Positions 48,216-57,626 of a stretch of DNA of 64,000 nt are shown here, one piece after another. Below the pieces are notes generated by a model, which ran no database searches, was not told where the DNA came from, and was given only the letters and a program-made list of their open reading frames with translations. Origin of the DNA: an uncultured virus (IMG/VR IMGVR_UViG_3300009503_000028) (taxonomy: Duplodnaviria; Heunggongvirae; Uroviricota; Caudoviricetes); IMG/VR virus record IMGVR_UViG_3300009503_000028; one strand, given 5' to 3'. A program made the position numbers and the translations under genes. Numbering within the stretch: position 1 is the first letter of the stretch; every line of letters begins with the position of its first letter.

Positions 48216-49064
48216 ATGAGCATGAAAGTTGAAAAGGTTCCAATAGACAAGTTAACCATTTCAAAATGGAACCCAAGGTTCGCAAGTGTCCCTAAAGAAG
48301 AGAAACTTAGAGAATTTGCTTCAAACATCCAGAAGATATCTCTACTATCTCCTATAGTTACAAACAAGAAGTATGAGATCCTCTCTGGAGGACTGAGATG
48401 GAGAGCACTAAAACTAGCTGGAGTGAAAGAAACTGAAGTTCTAGTCTATGATACTGAAGAACTAGCAAGACAGAAGAACCTACCACTTGAAGTCGTTGAA
48501 GCTAAGATTTCAATCTCTTCAGACCTATACAAGTTTCCACTCCACACGTCAGAAAAAGGAGCAATACTTGACAAGCTCAGGAGCCAGGGATATAGCCTGA
48601 AAGATGTAGCTTCAATCATTGGATGTACTGAAGACACTGTGTGGAGATGGTGGCAGTCTGCTGAGATCCCGTCAACACTCAAGAAAGGTCTAGAACCAAA
48701 GTACAAGAAACTATCTACCAAGAAGAAACTCAAAGTTAGACAGATACTTGAAAGTATACCAGAAGAATACCAAGCTCAGGTCCTTAACCTAGCTGAAAAG
48801 GTAACTCTAAGAGACCTTGAAATGGCAGCTAAAGACATTATATCTGGTGCTCCAGTAGATTTCGACTGGAGAGTCCAATACTCAAAAGAAGACACAGAAC
48901 TTGTCCAGTATAGGATCTTGGATACAGTCATTATCCAGTTTAGAGAACTTTGCAAGGTATACGATGTAGACCCGTACAAGATGTTCGTTGAAGCAGTCAA
49001 ATTCTTCACTGCAGAAGAAAACTTCAAGAAACTGGTAGGTCCAGTTGAAGCTCAAAATAGTTGA
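48216..49064 (+). CDS. Third ParB/Srx-like protein with HTH
   Basis: VPIDKL...NPR, YEILSGGLRWRAL, GYSLKDVASIIGCTEDTVWRW. Confidence 0.82.
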   Translation: MSMKVEKVPIDKLTISKWNPRFASVPKEEKLREFASNIQKISLLSPIVTNKKYEILSGGLRWRALKLAGVKETEVLVYDTEELARQKNLPLEVVEAKISISSDLYKFPLHTSEKGAILDKLRSQGYSLKDVASIIGCTEDTVWRWWQSAEIPSTLKKGLEPKYKKLSTKKKLKVRQILESIPEEYQAQVLNLAEKVTLRDLEMAAKDIISGAPVDFDWRVQYSKEDTELVQYRILDTVIIQFRELCKVYDVDPYKMFVEAVKFFTAEENFKKLVGPVEAQNS

Positions 49065-51414
49065 TGCAACATATAGATACAGAAATGGATCTCCAGTAGT
49101 TGTCCTAGTCTGCAAGACTTTGAACGGTGAACAGAAAATCATTGAAGTTCCCTATCTCCCCTATTTTTATGTTAGAGATTATGACCCTAATTACTGTTTC
49201 AATTCTAACAAAGTTTCCCCTCCAGATTCCTTTTTGAAATCTGAACTTTCAGACTTCAAACCATATGATTCTGATAGTAACTTGTATAAAATATATGTCA
49301 AGAGACCAAGACAGGTCCCAGAACTTGCTGAGTACTTTGAAGACCTTCCAATGTTCAGAGGAGCAACAAAGTATGGTTCTCCTGTTCTTGAAGCTAACAT
49401 CCCTTTCTTCGAGAGGTTCCTAGTAGACTATGGTATAACAACTATGGTAGAATATAATGGAGACATCAGACCTACATCCTTCGACTACAGTTTTGACATT
49501 ATCTATGCTGACATTGAAGTTTGGTCTAAGAGCCTTTCAGAGATGAAGAAAGCACAAAATGCTCCTATAATCTCAATTTCTGTATATGACAGTGGCAAAC
49601 TTCTGAACTGGAACCTTTCGACAGAGATAAAAGAAACTAAAAGTATCCAAGTAGACCCAAAAATGCTCGAATCTAGGTTCTGTTCTTCTGAAGTTGATCT
49701 AATACTCAATTTTCTGAGATATCTTAGAAACAGGTCTCCAGACATTATAGTTACTTTCACAGATTTTGACATCCCATATGTTCTTACCAGAGCAGACTCT
49801 TTCAATGTCATTCTTTCCCATTTTTCCCCTGCAAAGATGGAAGATTTCAAGAGACAGAGGATATATGGTACCCAGACTTTAGACTACAGGAGACTCTACT
49901 GCAAAGTTTTCGACCCTCCCTTTTCAAATCTAGACTACATAGCTAGGAAAGAACTCGGTTATGGAAAACTTGAGTGTAATGTCTATACTGATTGGGTCAG
50001 AGATCCTTTGAAAGTTATAGAGTACAACCTCATGGACAGTCTCCTTCTTGCCAACTTGGAAAAGAAACTTGAACTCATAACCTCATTCTACAAGCCAATC
50101 AGAGACCTTACTGGTTTACCTTTTGGTATGTGTATGGTAAACTCTAAGGTAGGTATGAACTTACACCTTAGACTTGGAACCAAGAGAAAGATATGTTTCA
50201 AGACAAAATCTTATGCTCACCCTAGAAGTTATGAAGGAGCTTATGTGTATGCAAAGACTGGTCTCTTCAATGATGTCCTACAGTTCGACTTTTCAGAACT
50301 GTATCCTTCAATAATGGAGACATTCCACATTTCTGGAGACACAAAGACAACTTCAAAAGAGAATGTAGTTACTATCAATGGAGTATCTTTTAGACTTGAT
50401 ACTTTGGGAATAACAAATGAGGTCATCAAACCTCTTAGGGAAATCAGGAGAGAAGTCAAGAAGAAATACAAAGAAAGTAGAGAAAAGAAGTATGAGATGC
50501 TTAACATGGCTCTCAAACAAGTTATCAACTCAGCATATGGCATTTATGGCTATATTAAAGTAGCAACAAAAGGACAGGACACTGGTTTCTCATATGAATA
50601 CACAGTTGGTTCTCCTCTTTACGACCCAGAGATAGCTGGAGCAATAACTTACATTGGGAAAGAGATACTTCTCGAACTTATCAGGTATGTTACATCTTTA
50701 GGGTATGAAGTAGTCTATGCTGATACTGATAGCTTATTTATTCTATCTCAAGAGGACCCTGAGAAGATCAGGAAAACAATTGAGGAACACGTCTCACAGT
50801 ATATAATGGAAAAGTATAAGGTAGAATCTAAACTTACAATTTCCTTTGAAGAAAGAATCAAGAAACTGCTAGTAATTACAAAGAAGAGATATGCTGCTTT
50901 GTCTGAAGATGGAAACATAACTTTCAAGGGGATTGAAATAGTGAGGAGAGACACGTCAAACTTGATGACTTCTCTCCTTTCAAGATTTATTACAAAAGCT
51001 ATGAATGGAGCTTCTGTTTCTGACCTGAAAGATTTCATACTTCAGGAAGAGAAGAATATAGTTTCAGGCAAGTATCCACTCCAGGATCTAGCTCTAAGGG
51101 CTAGATGTGCTAAGAAGAGTTACAAGAAAGTCAAACCAGAGAACAAGAGAGCAATGGAATGGGCTGTTTCTCATGGCTTTGAAATAGAACCTGGAGAGAG
51201 GTTCTTCAAACTGTACGTCAAAACTCCAGAAGGTGTAATAGGATACCCATCTGAGAAAGAATTAGAAAGTGTTCTCAAGATTTTGGAACAGAAAAAAATA
51301 GAGATAGACTACAAGAAACTTGGAAGGATAAGTGTGAAGAAACTGTGGAACATAATAGAGCACCTAAGCAAGGAAACATTTAAAACATACACTCTTGATA
51401 ACTTCTTTAGGTGA
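49045..51414 (+). CDS. polB: Family B DNA polymerase (archaeal type)
   Basis: ExoI ADIE, ExoIII YNLMD, DFSELYPS, KQVINSAYG, YADTDS, KKRY; C-terminal TLDNFF PIP-like box. Confidence 0.95.
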   Translation: MKLKIVDATYRYRNGSPVVVLVCKTLNGEQKIIEVPYLPYFYVRDYDPNYCFNSNKVSPPDSFLKSELSDFKPYDSDSNLYKIYVKRPRQVPELAEYFEDLPMFRGATKYGSPVLEANIPFFERFLVDYGITTMVEYNGDIRPTSFDYSFDIIYADIEVWSKSLSEMKKAQNAPIISISVYDSGKLLNWNLSTEIKETKSIQVDPKMLESRFCSSEVDLILNFLRYLRNRSPDIIVTFTDFDIPYVLTRADSFNVILSHFSPAKMEDFKRQRIYGTQTLDYRRLYCKVFDPPFSNLDYIARKELGYGKLECNVYTDWVRDPLKVIEYNLMDSLLLANLEKKLELITSFYKPIRDLTGLPFGMCMVNSKVGMNLHLRLGTKRKICFKTKSYAHPRSYEGAYVYAKTGLFNDVLQFDFSELYPSIMETFHISGDTKTTSKENVVTINGVSFRLDTLGITNEVIKPLREIRREVKKKYKESREKKYEMLNMALKQVINSAYGIYGYIKVATKGQDTGFSYEYTVGSPLYDPEIAGAITYIGKEILLELIRYVTSLGYEVVYADTDSLFILSQEDPEKIRKTIEEHVSQYIMEKYKVESKLTISFEERIKKLLVITKKRYAALSEDGNITFKGIEIVRRDTSNLMTSLLSRFITKAMNGASVSDLKDFILQEEKNIVSGKYPLQDLALRARCAKKSYKKVKPENKRAMEWAVSHGFEIEPGERFFKLYVKTPEGVIGYPSEKELESVLKILEQKKIEIDYKKLGRISVKKLWNIIEHLSKETFKTYTLDNFFR

Positions 51415-51421
51415 AAACACA

Positions 51422-51709
51422 ATGTCTGAGAAGAACAAAGAGATAGAAATCTTTGAGAGACTAAGCAAAGTTGAAGCAAAGATAGATACTCTGATAGACC
51501 AGTCCAAATCCTTGAAGATCAGCATGGACAAGGTATGTGAGAAGTACAACCATGAGATAAGTGATATCTACAATGAACTCTCAGAACAGAGTAAAGACAT
51601 GGATGACCTTAGAGGTCTAAAGAAATGGGTTGAAACAATGAGTGTAACAATGGTAAGCCTTTTAGGTGTGATACTAGTTTATCTAATCAAACTCTTCCTT
51701 AAGGTGTGA
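51422..51709 (+). CDS. Coiled-coil protein with C-terminal TM (XhlA/holin-like architecture)
   Basis: ERLSKVEAKID coiled coil plus one TM; AGGTGA SD. Confidence 0.55.
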   Translation: MSEKNKEIEIFERLSKVEAKIDTLIDQSKSLKISMDKVCEKYNHEISDIYNELSEQSKDMDDLRGLKKWVETMSVTMVSLLGVILVYLIKLFLKV

Positions 51710-51714
51710 GGAGA

Positions 51715-53739
51715 ATGAGAGATTTGAGGTCCCTATTAAAATATCCAAATGTAGTTGGTTTCTCTAATCAACTGATGCCAAGAATATCAAAAGGAGTTGA
51801 AACCAAAGAACTTGCAATCAGAGTTTATGTTATCAAGAAAGTCCCAGAGAGCCAGTTAAAGAAAGAAGAGATAATACCAAAAAGTATAGATGGTGTCCCT
51901 ACTGATGTTGTTGAAACTGGAAAGATAGTAGCTTTCAGTCAGACTGGCAAGACTTCAAAGGTTAGACCAGTAAGTTTGGGTTTGAGTGTTTCTCACTGGG
52001 ATGTCACTTCAGGAAGTCTAGGTATGTTGTATGAATATGAAGGGGAAACAGTAGCAGGTTCAAATGCTCATGTACTCTGTTATTCAGAAGATACTGAAGT
52101 GCTAACTGAAAATGGTTTTCAATTTATTAAAGATGTAGTTCCAGGTCAAAGAGTTGCAGTTCTAAATCCAGAGACAGAAGAAATTGAATATGCAACTGTC
52201 ATAAATAGTATCAAATATCCTTTTGAGGGACAATTAATAAGATTTCTGAATAGGAATATTGACCTTCTTGTGACTTCAGACCATTTGTTAGTGGTCAAAA
52301 AGGGAAGAAAGAAGTCCATTACTAGAATTAGAGCAGAAAATGTCTTAGACCGTTTGAAGAATACTCCTTGTCCAAGATTATATTTGTTCAATAAAGCTAA
52401 ATGGAATTGTCAAGCTATAGAAACAGTTCATTTACCAGAAACTAAAATTGAAAGTAGCAATCAATATTGCTCTTTTGACTTTCCTTATGCTAAGAATATT
52501 TCTGAAGTGAAAACTGAAATATTTCTTAAGTTTCTAGGATGGTATTTGAGTGAAGGTAGCATCTCCAAAACTGGACCTGACAAAGCGGAACATATGATTT
52601 CAATCAGAAATACTTCAGAAACAAATCTTTTAGAAATCAAGAACATCATAAATGAAATAGGTTTAACATCATATCTAGGAAATAATGCTGTTTGCTTCTA
52701 TTCCAAACAGTTCTTTGAATATTTAGAAGGTTTAGGAAAAGGAAGTAAGAACAAAAGTATTCCTAAAGAATTCAAAATGCTACCACCTTCGCAACTGGAA
52801 ATACTCTTTGACACTTTAATGAAAGGAGATGGATCTTGGAAAGCTTGTTCATATCTTACAGCTTCTAAACAACTTGCCGATGACGTTCAAGAAATACTTC
52901 TTAAACTTGGATATTCTTCCAGAATAACTATTAGGCATGGTAGTTCTTACAATCCACAAGGTATTTATTACAATGTTTCCTTTGCAAAAAGATATTCTGA
53001 GCTGAGAATTACTAGAAACAATATATCTTTCGTGCCATACTCTGGATATGTTTATGACTTGACAGTTGATAAGCATCACATTATTTTGATTAGAAGAAAT
53101 GGTAAGCTTTGTTGGTCAAGTAATTGCGATAATCCATCTAAGAAACCTGAAGAAGTAACAGAGAAAAGAATACTCCAACCTGGAAGTTACTTTGGAGGAC
53201 AGAATGTAGATAACATAATTGGGGCATACTTATGGCATGAACGTGTCAGACCAATAACTGAATCATGTAAGATAGCTGGAGGAATTACAAGAGTTCTTAA
53301 CAAACTTTCTAGGTTTCTACACAGGAAATCCAGGTTTATCCTTGCATCTTATCCAGTAAACTATATCGATTTTGCAGTGTATTCTCCTTCAGTAGAACAT
53401 GTCTGTGACTTCTATGACAACTGTACTCCAAAAACCTATGAGTTTATAGGTCATTTATTTGCTGGTTCAGATGTAAGTGGTGTAGTATGTAAAGTGAAGT
53501 ACATCTTAGACAGGAATTTCAAACCTTGCTACAACTATTCGACTGACGTACAAGTTGGGGACAGAACTCATGGGTGCAGCTTCTGGTGCCATTATGACAC
53601 AACAGTTTCGGATCCTTCAGCTAACCTAATAGTTTCGTATGGGAATTTCGAAGCATATTATGAAGATGTAATAATGCTTAATAATGATGGTACAATCCGA
53701 GGTGGATATAGTGGATCCTCGTGGTTCAAGGTGAAATAG
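51715..53739 (+). CDS. Nal1-like trypsin-family serine protease containing an intein
   Basis: PNVVG..AIRVYVIKK..GVPTDVVE N-domain; triad SNAHV / IDFA / GYSGS. Confidence 0.8.
   Translation: MRDLRSLLKYPNVVGFSNQLMPRISKGVETKELAIRVYVIKKVPESQLKKEEIIPKSIDGVPTDVVETGKIVAFSQTGKTSKVRPVSLGLSVSHWDVTSGSLGMLYEYEGETVAGSNAHVLCYSEDTEVLTENGFQFIKDVVPGQRVAVLNPETEEIEYATVINSIKYPFEGQLIRFLNRNIDLLVTSDHLLVVKKGRKKSITRIRAENVLDRLKNTPCPRLYLFNKAKWNCQAIETVHLPETKIESSNQYCSFDFPYAKNISEVKTEIFLKFLGWYLSEGSISKTGPDKAEHMISIRNTSETNLLEIKNIINEIGLTSYLGNNAVCFYSKQFFEYLEGLGKGSKNKSIPKEFKMLPPSQLEILFDTLMKGDGSWKACSYLTASKQLADDVQEILLKLGYSSRITIRHGSSYNPQGIYYNVSFAKRYSELRITRNNISFVPYSGYVYDLTVDKHHIILIRRNGKLCWSSNCDNPSKKPEEVTEKRILQPGSYFGGQNVDNIIGAYLWHERVRPITESCKIAGGITRVLNKLSRFLHRKSRFILASYPVNYIDFAVYSPSVEHVCDFYDNCTPKTYEFIGHLFAGSDVSGVVCKVKYILDRNFKPCYNYSTDVQVGDRTHGCSFWCHYDTTVSDPSANLIVSYGNFEAYYEDVIMLNNDGTIRGGYSGSSWFKVK
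52078..53124 (+). mobile_element. Intein (349 aa) with LAGLIDADG homing endonuclease
   Basis: Block A CYSEDTEVLT, block B VTSDH, FLGWYLSEGS and TLMKGDGS, block F VYDLTV, ends WSSN followed by Cys+1. Confidence 0.92.
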
Positions 53740-53741
53740 AT

Positions 53742-54992
53742 ATGTCCTTTTGGGATAGATTTAGAAAGAAAACTCCTACAACTTCAGAAAAAGATTCAGG
53801 AGTCTACTTTAAAGCATTGGAAAGTGAAAGAGTTGAAACTTCTGAAAGAACAAAAGAACCCTCAAGTTCTCTAATGGAACAGTATGAACTTCTATACCAG
53901 AGAGATGCTATAACATTTGGGTGTATAAACTATCTGACACTTAGAATAGCTCAAGACATTAGCTTCATAGGACCAACAGACGATGTCCAGAAGGTCCAGA
54001 AGTGGAGTGTCAAACATCTCTTCAAACAGAAGCTTGAAGACTTAGTCAGAGATGTTCTACTGTATGGGAATGCATGGTCTGAGATAATGATAGGGAACAA
54101 AGATGTAGATATTAGGATTCTCAACCCAAAATACTGTGACTACAAGAGAGACAACTATGGTAATGTCCAAGTAGACGAATATGGAGATCCAAAATGTATT
54201 ATAGTTGAAACTGAAACTGGAAAAGAATACTATATCCAGAAGAGCAAGATAACAGTTCAAAGTGAGGATGGAGAAGCAATCAAATCAATCAACGTTGGAG
54301 ACCTCAGGAAACTTTACTGCCATTTCACTTTGTTTACTTTTGGAGACTCATATACTGGGATGTCACTTCTTCTTCCTGTCCTGTCAACTGCTATAGTTAG
54401 GGGAAATGTAACTAAGATGACTGGAGAACTTGCATTCAGGTCTGGAGGAATTGTAGCATACATTACTGGGACTGTACCGGAAGATGCAAAGAAAGCTTTG
54501 GAAGATGATCTCATGAAGCTAACTAAGAGGTCAGTGTTTGTAAGTTCAGACAAGATCAAACTATCTAACATCCCAAGTGGTAGTTTGACTGAAACAACGA
54601 ACATATTGGGTACTTTAATCAATGAACAGACAGCAGCTATGGGATTACCTTATGAACTCATCATGGCTCCAATATATAGAGGAAGACTTGAGGATCTCAC
54701 CCACAAGCTAGTTGACTTTGAGAATAGGATACTATCTTACCAGAACAGGTTGGGAGCACAGATAAACCAGAAGACAATGCCTTTCGTCAATGATGCTCTG
54801 GGAACAGATGTTCAGTTCAAATTCATAGGGACAGACTACAATATCAAGCTTACAAAATCTAGAATGCTTACTGGACTTGGAAGGAGAGGTCTAGTAACTA
54901 GAGATAAGAACTTGGAAGATTGGATTAGAAGAGATTTGGGACTACCTCTAAGTGGTGGGGAAGTTGAACAAAAAGATAGAGAAACCAAGTAG
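53742..54992 (+). CDS. Portal protein
   Basis: MSFWDRF start, VLLYGNAWSEI, CHF...YTGMSLL; about 415 aa. Confidence 0.82.
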   Translation: MSFWDRFRKKTPTTSEKDSGVYFKALESERVETSERTKEPSSSLMEQYELLYQRDAITFGCINYLTLRIAQDISFIGPTDDVQKVQKWSVKHLFKQKLEDLVRDVLLYGNAWSEIMIGNKDVDIRILNPKYCDYKRDNYGNVQVDEYGDPKCIIVETETGKEYYIQKSKITVQSEDGEAIKSINVGDLRKLYCHFTLFTFGDSYTGMSLLLPVLSTAIVRGNVTKMTGELAFRSGGIVAYITGTVPEDAKKALEDDLMKLTKRSVFVSSDKIKLSNIPSGSLTETTNILGTLINEQTAAMGLPYELIMAPIYRGRLEDLTHKLVDFENRILSYQNRLGAQINQKTMPFVNDALGTDVQFKFIGTDYNIKLTKSRMLTGLGRRGLVTRDKNLEDWIRRDLGLPLSGGEVEQKDRETK

Positions 54993-56121
54993 GGAAGAAC
55001 TCCAAAAACTATATTTGAATGTTGGGATGTCACAGAGGCAGATTGCTAGGTTACTTGGTGTAAATCACGATACTGTCTCAAAGTGGTTCAAAGAGTATGG
55101 TATTCCAATCCAAAACAGTCTCTCAGTAAATAACTCTTTGAAAGAAGTCAAGATAGATTTTGATAATGTGGACCTATCAAAGTACAAGCAGGTCCCAAGT
55201 TATGTTGTGGTTGTACCAGAACCTATCAGAATCAAGTCCAAAGATGTTACTTTAACACTCTGCATCTCAGACACACATCTTGGTCATTCTGATTTCCTCC
55301 CCAAAACTTTCTTTTCTACAGTTAAAACTCTTGTTGAAGCTCTCAAGTACATTTCTTCCAAATACAACATTCATGCTTTTAGAGTAGTTTTAAATGGAGA
55401 CATAGTTTCTGGGAGAGAAGTATATCCAACACAGTATATTGACAACATCCTCCAGAGAGGGAACTGGCAGGTATATCTTGGTGAGATTATCTTCAAAGAA
55501 CTATTTGATGAACTTGAGCAGTTAGTCCCAATAGATGAGATTTACCTAATAAGAGGAACTCACGAGTCTTCATCTGCTGAGAACTACCAACTCTACCTGA
55601 AGAAAGCATTCATGGCAGATGGTTACAATGTCAAATATGCTAGTAAGGGACTTGTTCTTGACGTAGCTAGACCAATAGGTCACTACAATATTCTCTTCAC
55701 TCATGGTTTTGGTTCCACAGATTATGCTCCCATTTCTCCAGTATGCCAGAGAGACCTTATCAAAGTAGTTGCTGGCTACAAGATAGATGGAGTTCCAATA
55801 GAACGTTGTTGTGTTGGACACAGTCACTGGCTAACTTCAGAGTTTGAAATATCTGAAATACCAGTAGAGATTTCTGGAGGTTTCCAGAGATGGTCAAGAA
55901 CTCAGTCCCAGAGACCATGTGGCTGTATTCTGTATCTTTATGTTGATAGGATATGTGTCCCAGTAAAGATTAGACCAGATCCTAATGTTGAAAATGAAGA
56001 GAGAGGGAGCCCAAACCTAGAATATGAAAACATAAGGCTATATGGTGCTAAACTCATGGAACATTACAAGAAAATAGAGGAGAAACACGATGAGAAGCCT
56101 TGTGGAGAAGATGAAAGATAA
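54952..56121 (+). CDS. HTH + calcineurin-like metallophosphoesterase
   Basis: MSQRQIARLLGVNHDTV; SDTHLG, NGDIV, GTHE, THG, GHSH. Confidence 0.85.
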   Translation: MVGKLNKKIEKPSREELQKLYLNVGMSQRQIARLLGVNHDTVSKWFKEYGIPIQNSLSVNNSLKEVKIDFDNVDLSKYKQVPSYVVVVPEPIRIKSKDVTLTLCISDTHLGHSDFLPKTFFSTVKTLVEALKYISSKYNIHAFRVVLNGDIVSGREVYPTQYIDNILQRGNWQVYLGEIIFKELFDELEQLVPIDEIYLIRGTHESSSAENYQLYLKKAFMADGYNVKYASKGLVLDVARPIGHYNILFTHGFGSTDYAPISPVCQRDLIKVVAGYKIDGVPIERCCVGHSHWLTSEFEISEIPVEISGGFQRWSRTQSQRPCGCILYLYVDRICVPVKIRPDPNVENEERGSPNLEYENIRLYGAKLMEHYKKIEEKHDEKPCGEDER

Positions 56122-56386
56122 GAAGTATATTGAGAGTCTGTCGGAAAGAAGTAGAAGTGAACTTATTGCAGCAATAAGTGTACTTGATGCTGAGGAACTT
56201 TCTAAGATTTCATCTATTTCAGTAGCATACAAGATTGCAAGACAGAAATGGATAAAGATGAACCTTCCAGAAACTAAGTGGGAAGAATACATTGAAGGGA
56301 AACCTCTATTCTGGAAGTCATACATTACATTTAATAAGTTGCAAAGTCAAAATATAATGGATTACTATGGAACAACAGAAACCTAA
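56090..56386 (+). CDS. Hypothetical protein
   Basis: GAGGAG SD; overlaps both neighbours. Confidence 0.5.
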   Translation: MRSLVEKMKDKKYIESLSERSRSELIAAISVLDAEELSKISSISVAYKIARQKWIKMNLPETKWEEYIEGKPLFWKSYITFNKLQSQNIMDYYGTTET

Positions 56387-57626
56387 GATGTCTATCCTCT
56401 GGCACTCTGTTAGCCCCTTTTGTGCTAGTGGGTATGGCAAAGTAACTAGGTATGTTACTAATCTATTATCTCAAAATGGATATAGAGTTATCATCAGTGC
56501 TTATTATGGAGTTGAACCTGGTCAACAGATAGTTTTGAACCCAAATCTAATAATGGTTGGAAGCAAGATAGGACAGTTTGGTATACAATCCAGTAGAATG
56601 TATGCTGATATGTATAGGACTGATGTTTCACTATTACATACTGATTTTTGGGCATTCCCAGATTTTCCAAGACTTCATCCCAGAGCTTTACTCCATTCTC
56701 CTCAGGACAGTGAAGAATACGATCCAGCAACTTATGAAGCAACTAAACAATACTTTTCAGTTACTACTTTAACTGAATGGGCTAAGAGAGACTTTGAAAA
56801 GCATGGGATCAAAGTAGATGAAGTCATCCATCATGGTGTGGATACTTCTATTTTCAAGCCACTAGACAAGAAAGAATGTAGGAAACATTTTGGTTACCCT
56901 GAAGACAAGTTCATATTTGGTATGGTATCTGCTAACAATGACAAAGAAGATAGGAAGAACTGGAGTGGAACGTTAAGAGCATTTAGACATTTGTTAGATC
57001 AGGATCCAGATATTGGAAGAGAATGTAGACTAGTTCTCTTTACTGATCCAGTCAATCCAGCAGGATATCCAATTGCTTCCATAGCTCACAAGCTAGGATT
57101 AGACCAGTATGTATTTCTCTTTCCAAGCCAACTGTTCAATGTTGGAATACCAGATACAGAACTGAACATGCTTTACAACTGCTTTGATGTCCATGTTTTG
57201 TGTTCCAAAAGAGAAGGATTTGGTCTAACAATACTGGAATCTATGTGTTCTGGAATACCAAATATAGTACACAACTACTCTTCAATGACAGAACTAGTAA
57301 GGGGGAGAGGATGGTTAGTTAAGTCTCTAACTTCTGGGATCAATAGGATAATCACTCCAATAAATAGTGAATTTCATATCCCAGATACCTATGATCTATA
57401 TGAGAAAATGAAGAGATCGTATCTTAGACCTCAGGAAAGAGACAAGTATAGTTTATTGTCTAGGAAGTATACTTTACAGCATGACTGGAACATTATATTT
57501 AGAGAGAAATGGATACCATATCTTAGGGAAATTGGAGAAAGGCTAGAAAAGCATCCTTTAAGTGTAATAGGAGTTTCAGAAAAGAAAGACGAGATGTTTA
57601 GATCTAAATTTCAGGAGGTAGTTTGA
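56367..57626 (+). CDS. Glycosyltransferase, GT4 / GT-B fold
   Basis: SGYG, IHHGVDTSIFKP, RKN, EGFGLTILESM. Confidence 0.9.
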   Translation: MEQQKPKMSILWHSVSPFCASGYGKVTRYVTNLLSQNGYRVIISAYYGVEPGQQIVLNPNLIMVGSKIGQFGIQSSRMYADMYRTDVSLLHTDFWAFPDFPRLHPRALLHSPQDSEEYDPATYEATKQYFSVTTLTEWAKRDFEKHGIKVDEVIHHGVDTSIFKPLDKKECRKHFGYPEDKFIFGMVSANNDKEDRKNWSGTLRAFRHLLDQDPDIGRECRLVLFTDPVNPAGYPIASIAHKLGLDQYVFLFPSQLFNVGIPDTELNMLYNCFDVHVLCSKREGFGLTILESMCSGIPNIVHNYSSMTELVRGRGWLVKSLTSGINRIITPINSEFHIPDTYDLYEKMKRSYLRPQERDKYSLLSRKYTLQHDWNIIFREKWIPYLREIGERLEKHPLSVIGVSEKKDEMFRSKFQEVV

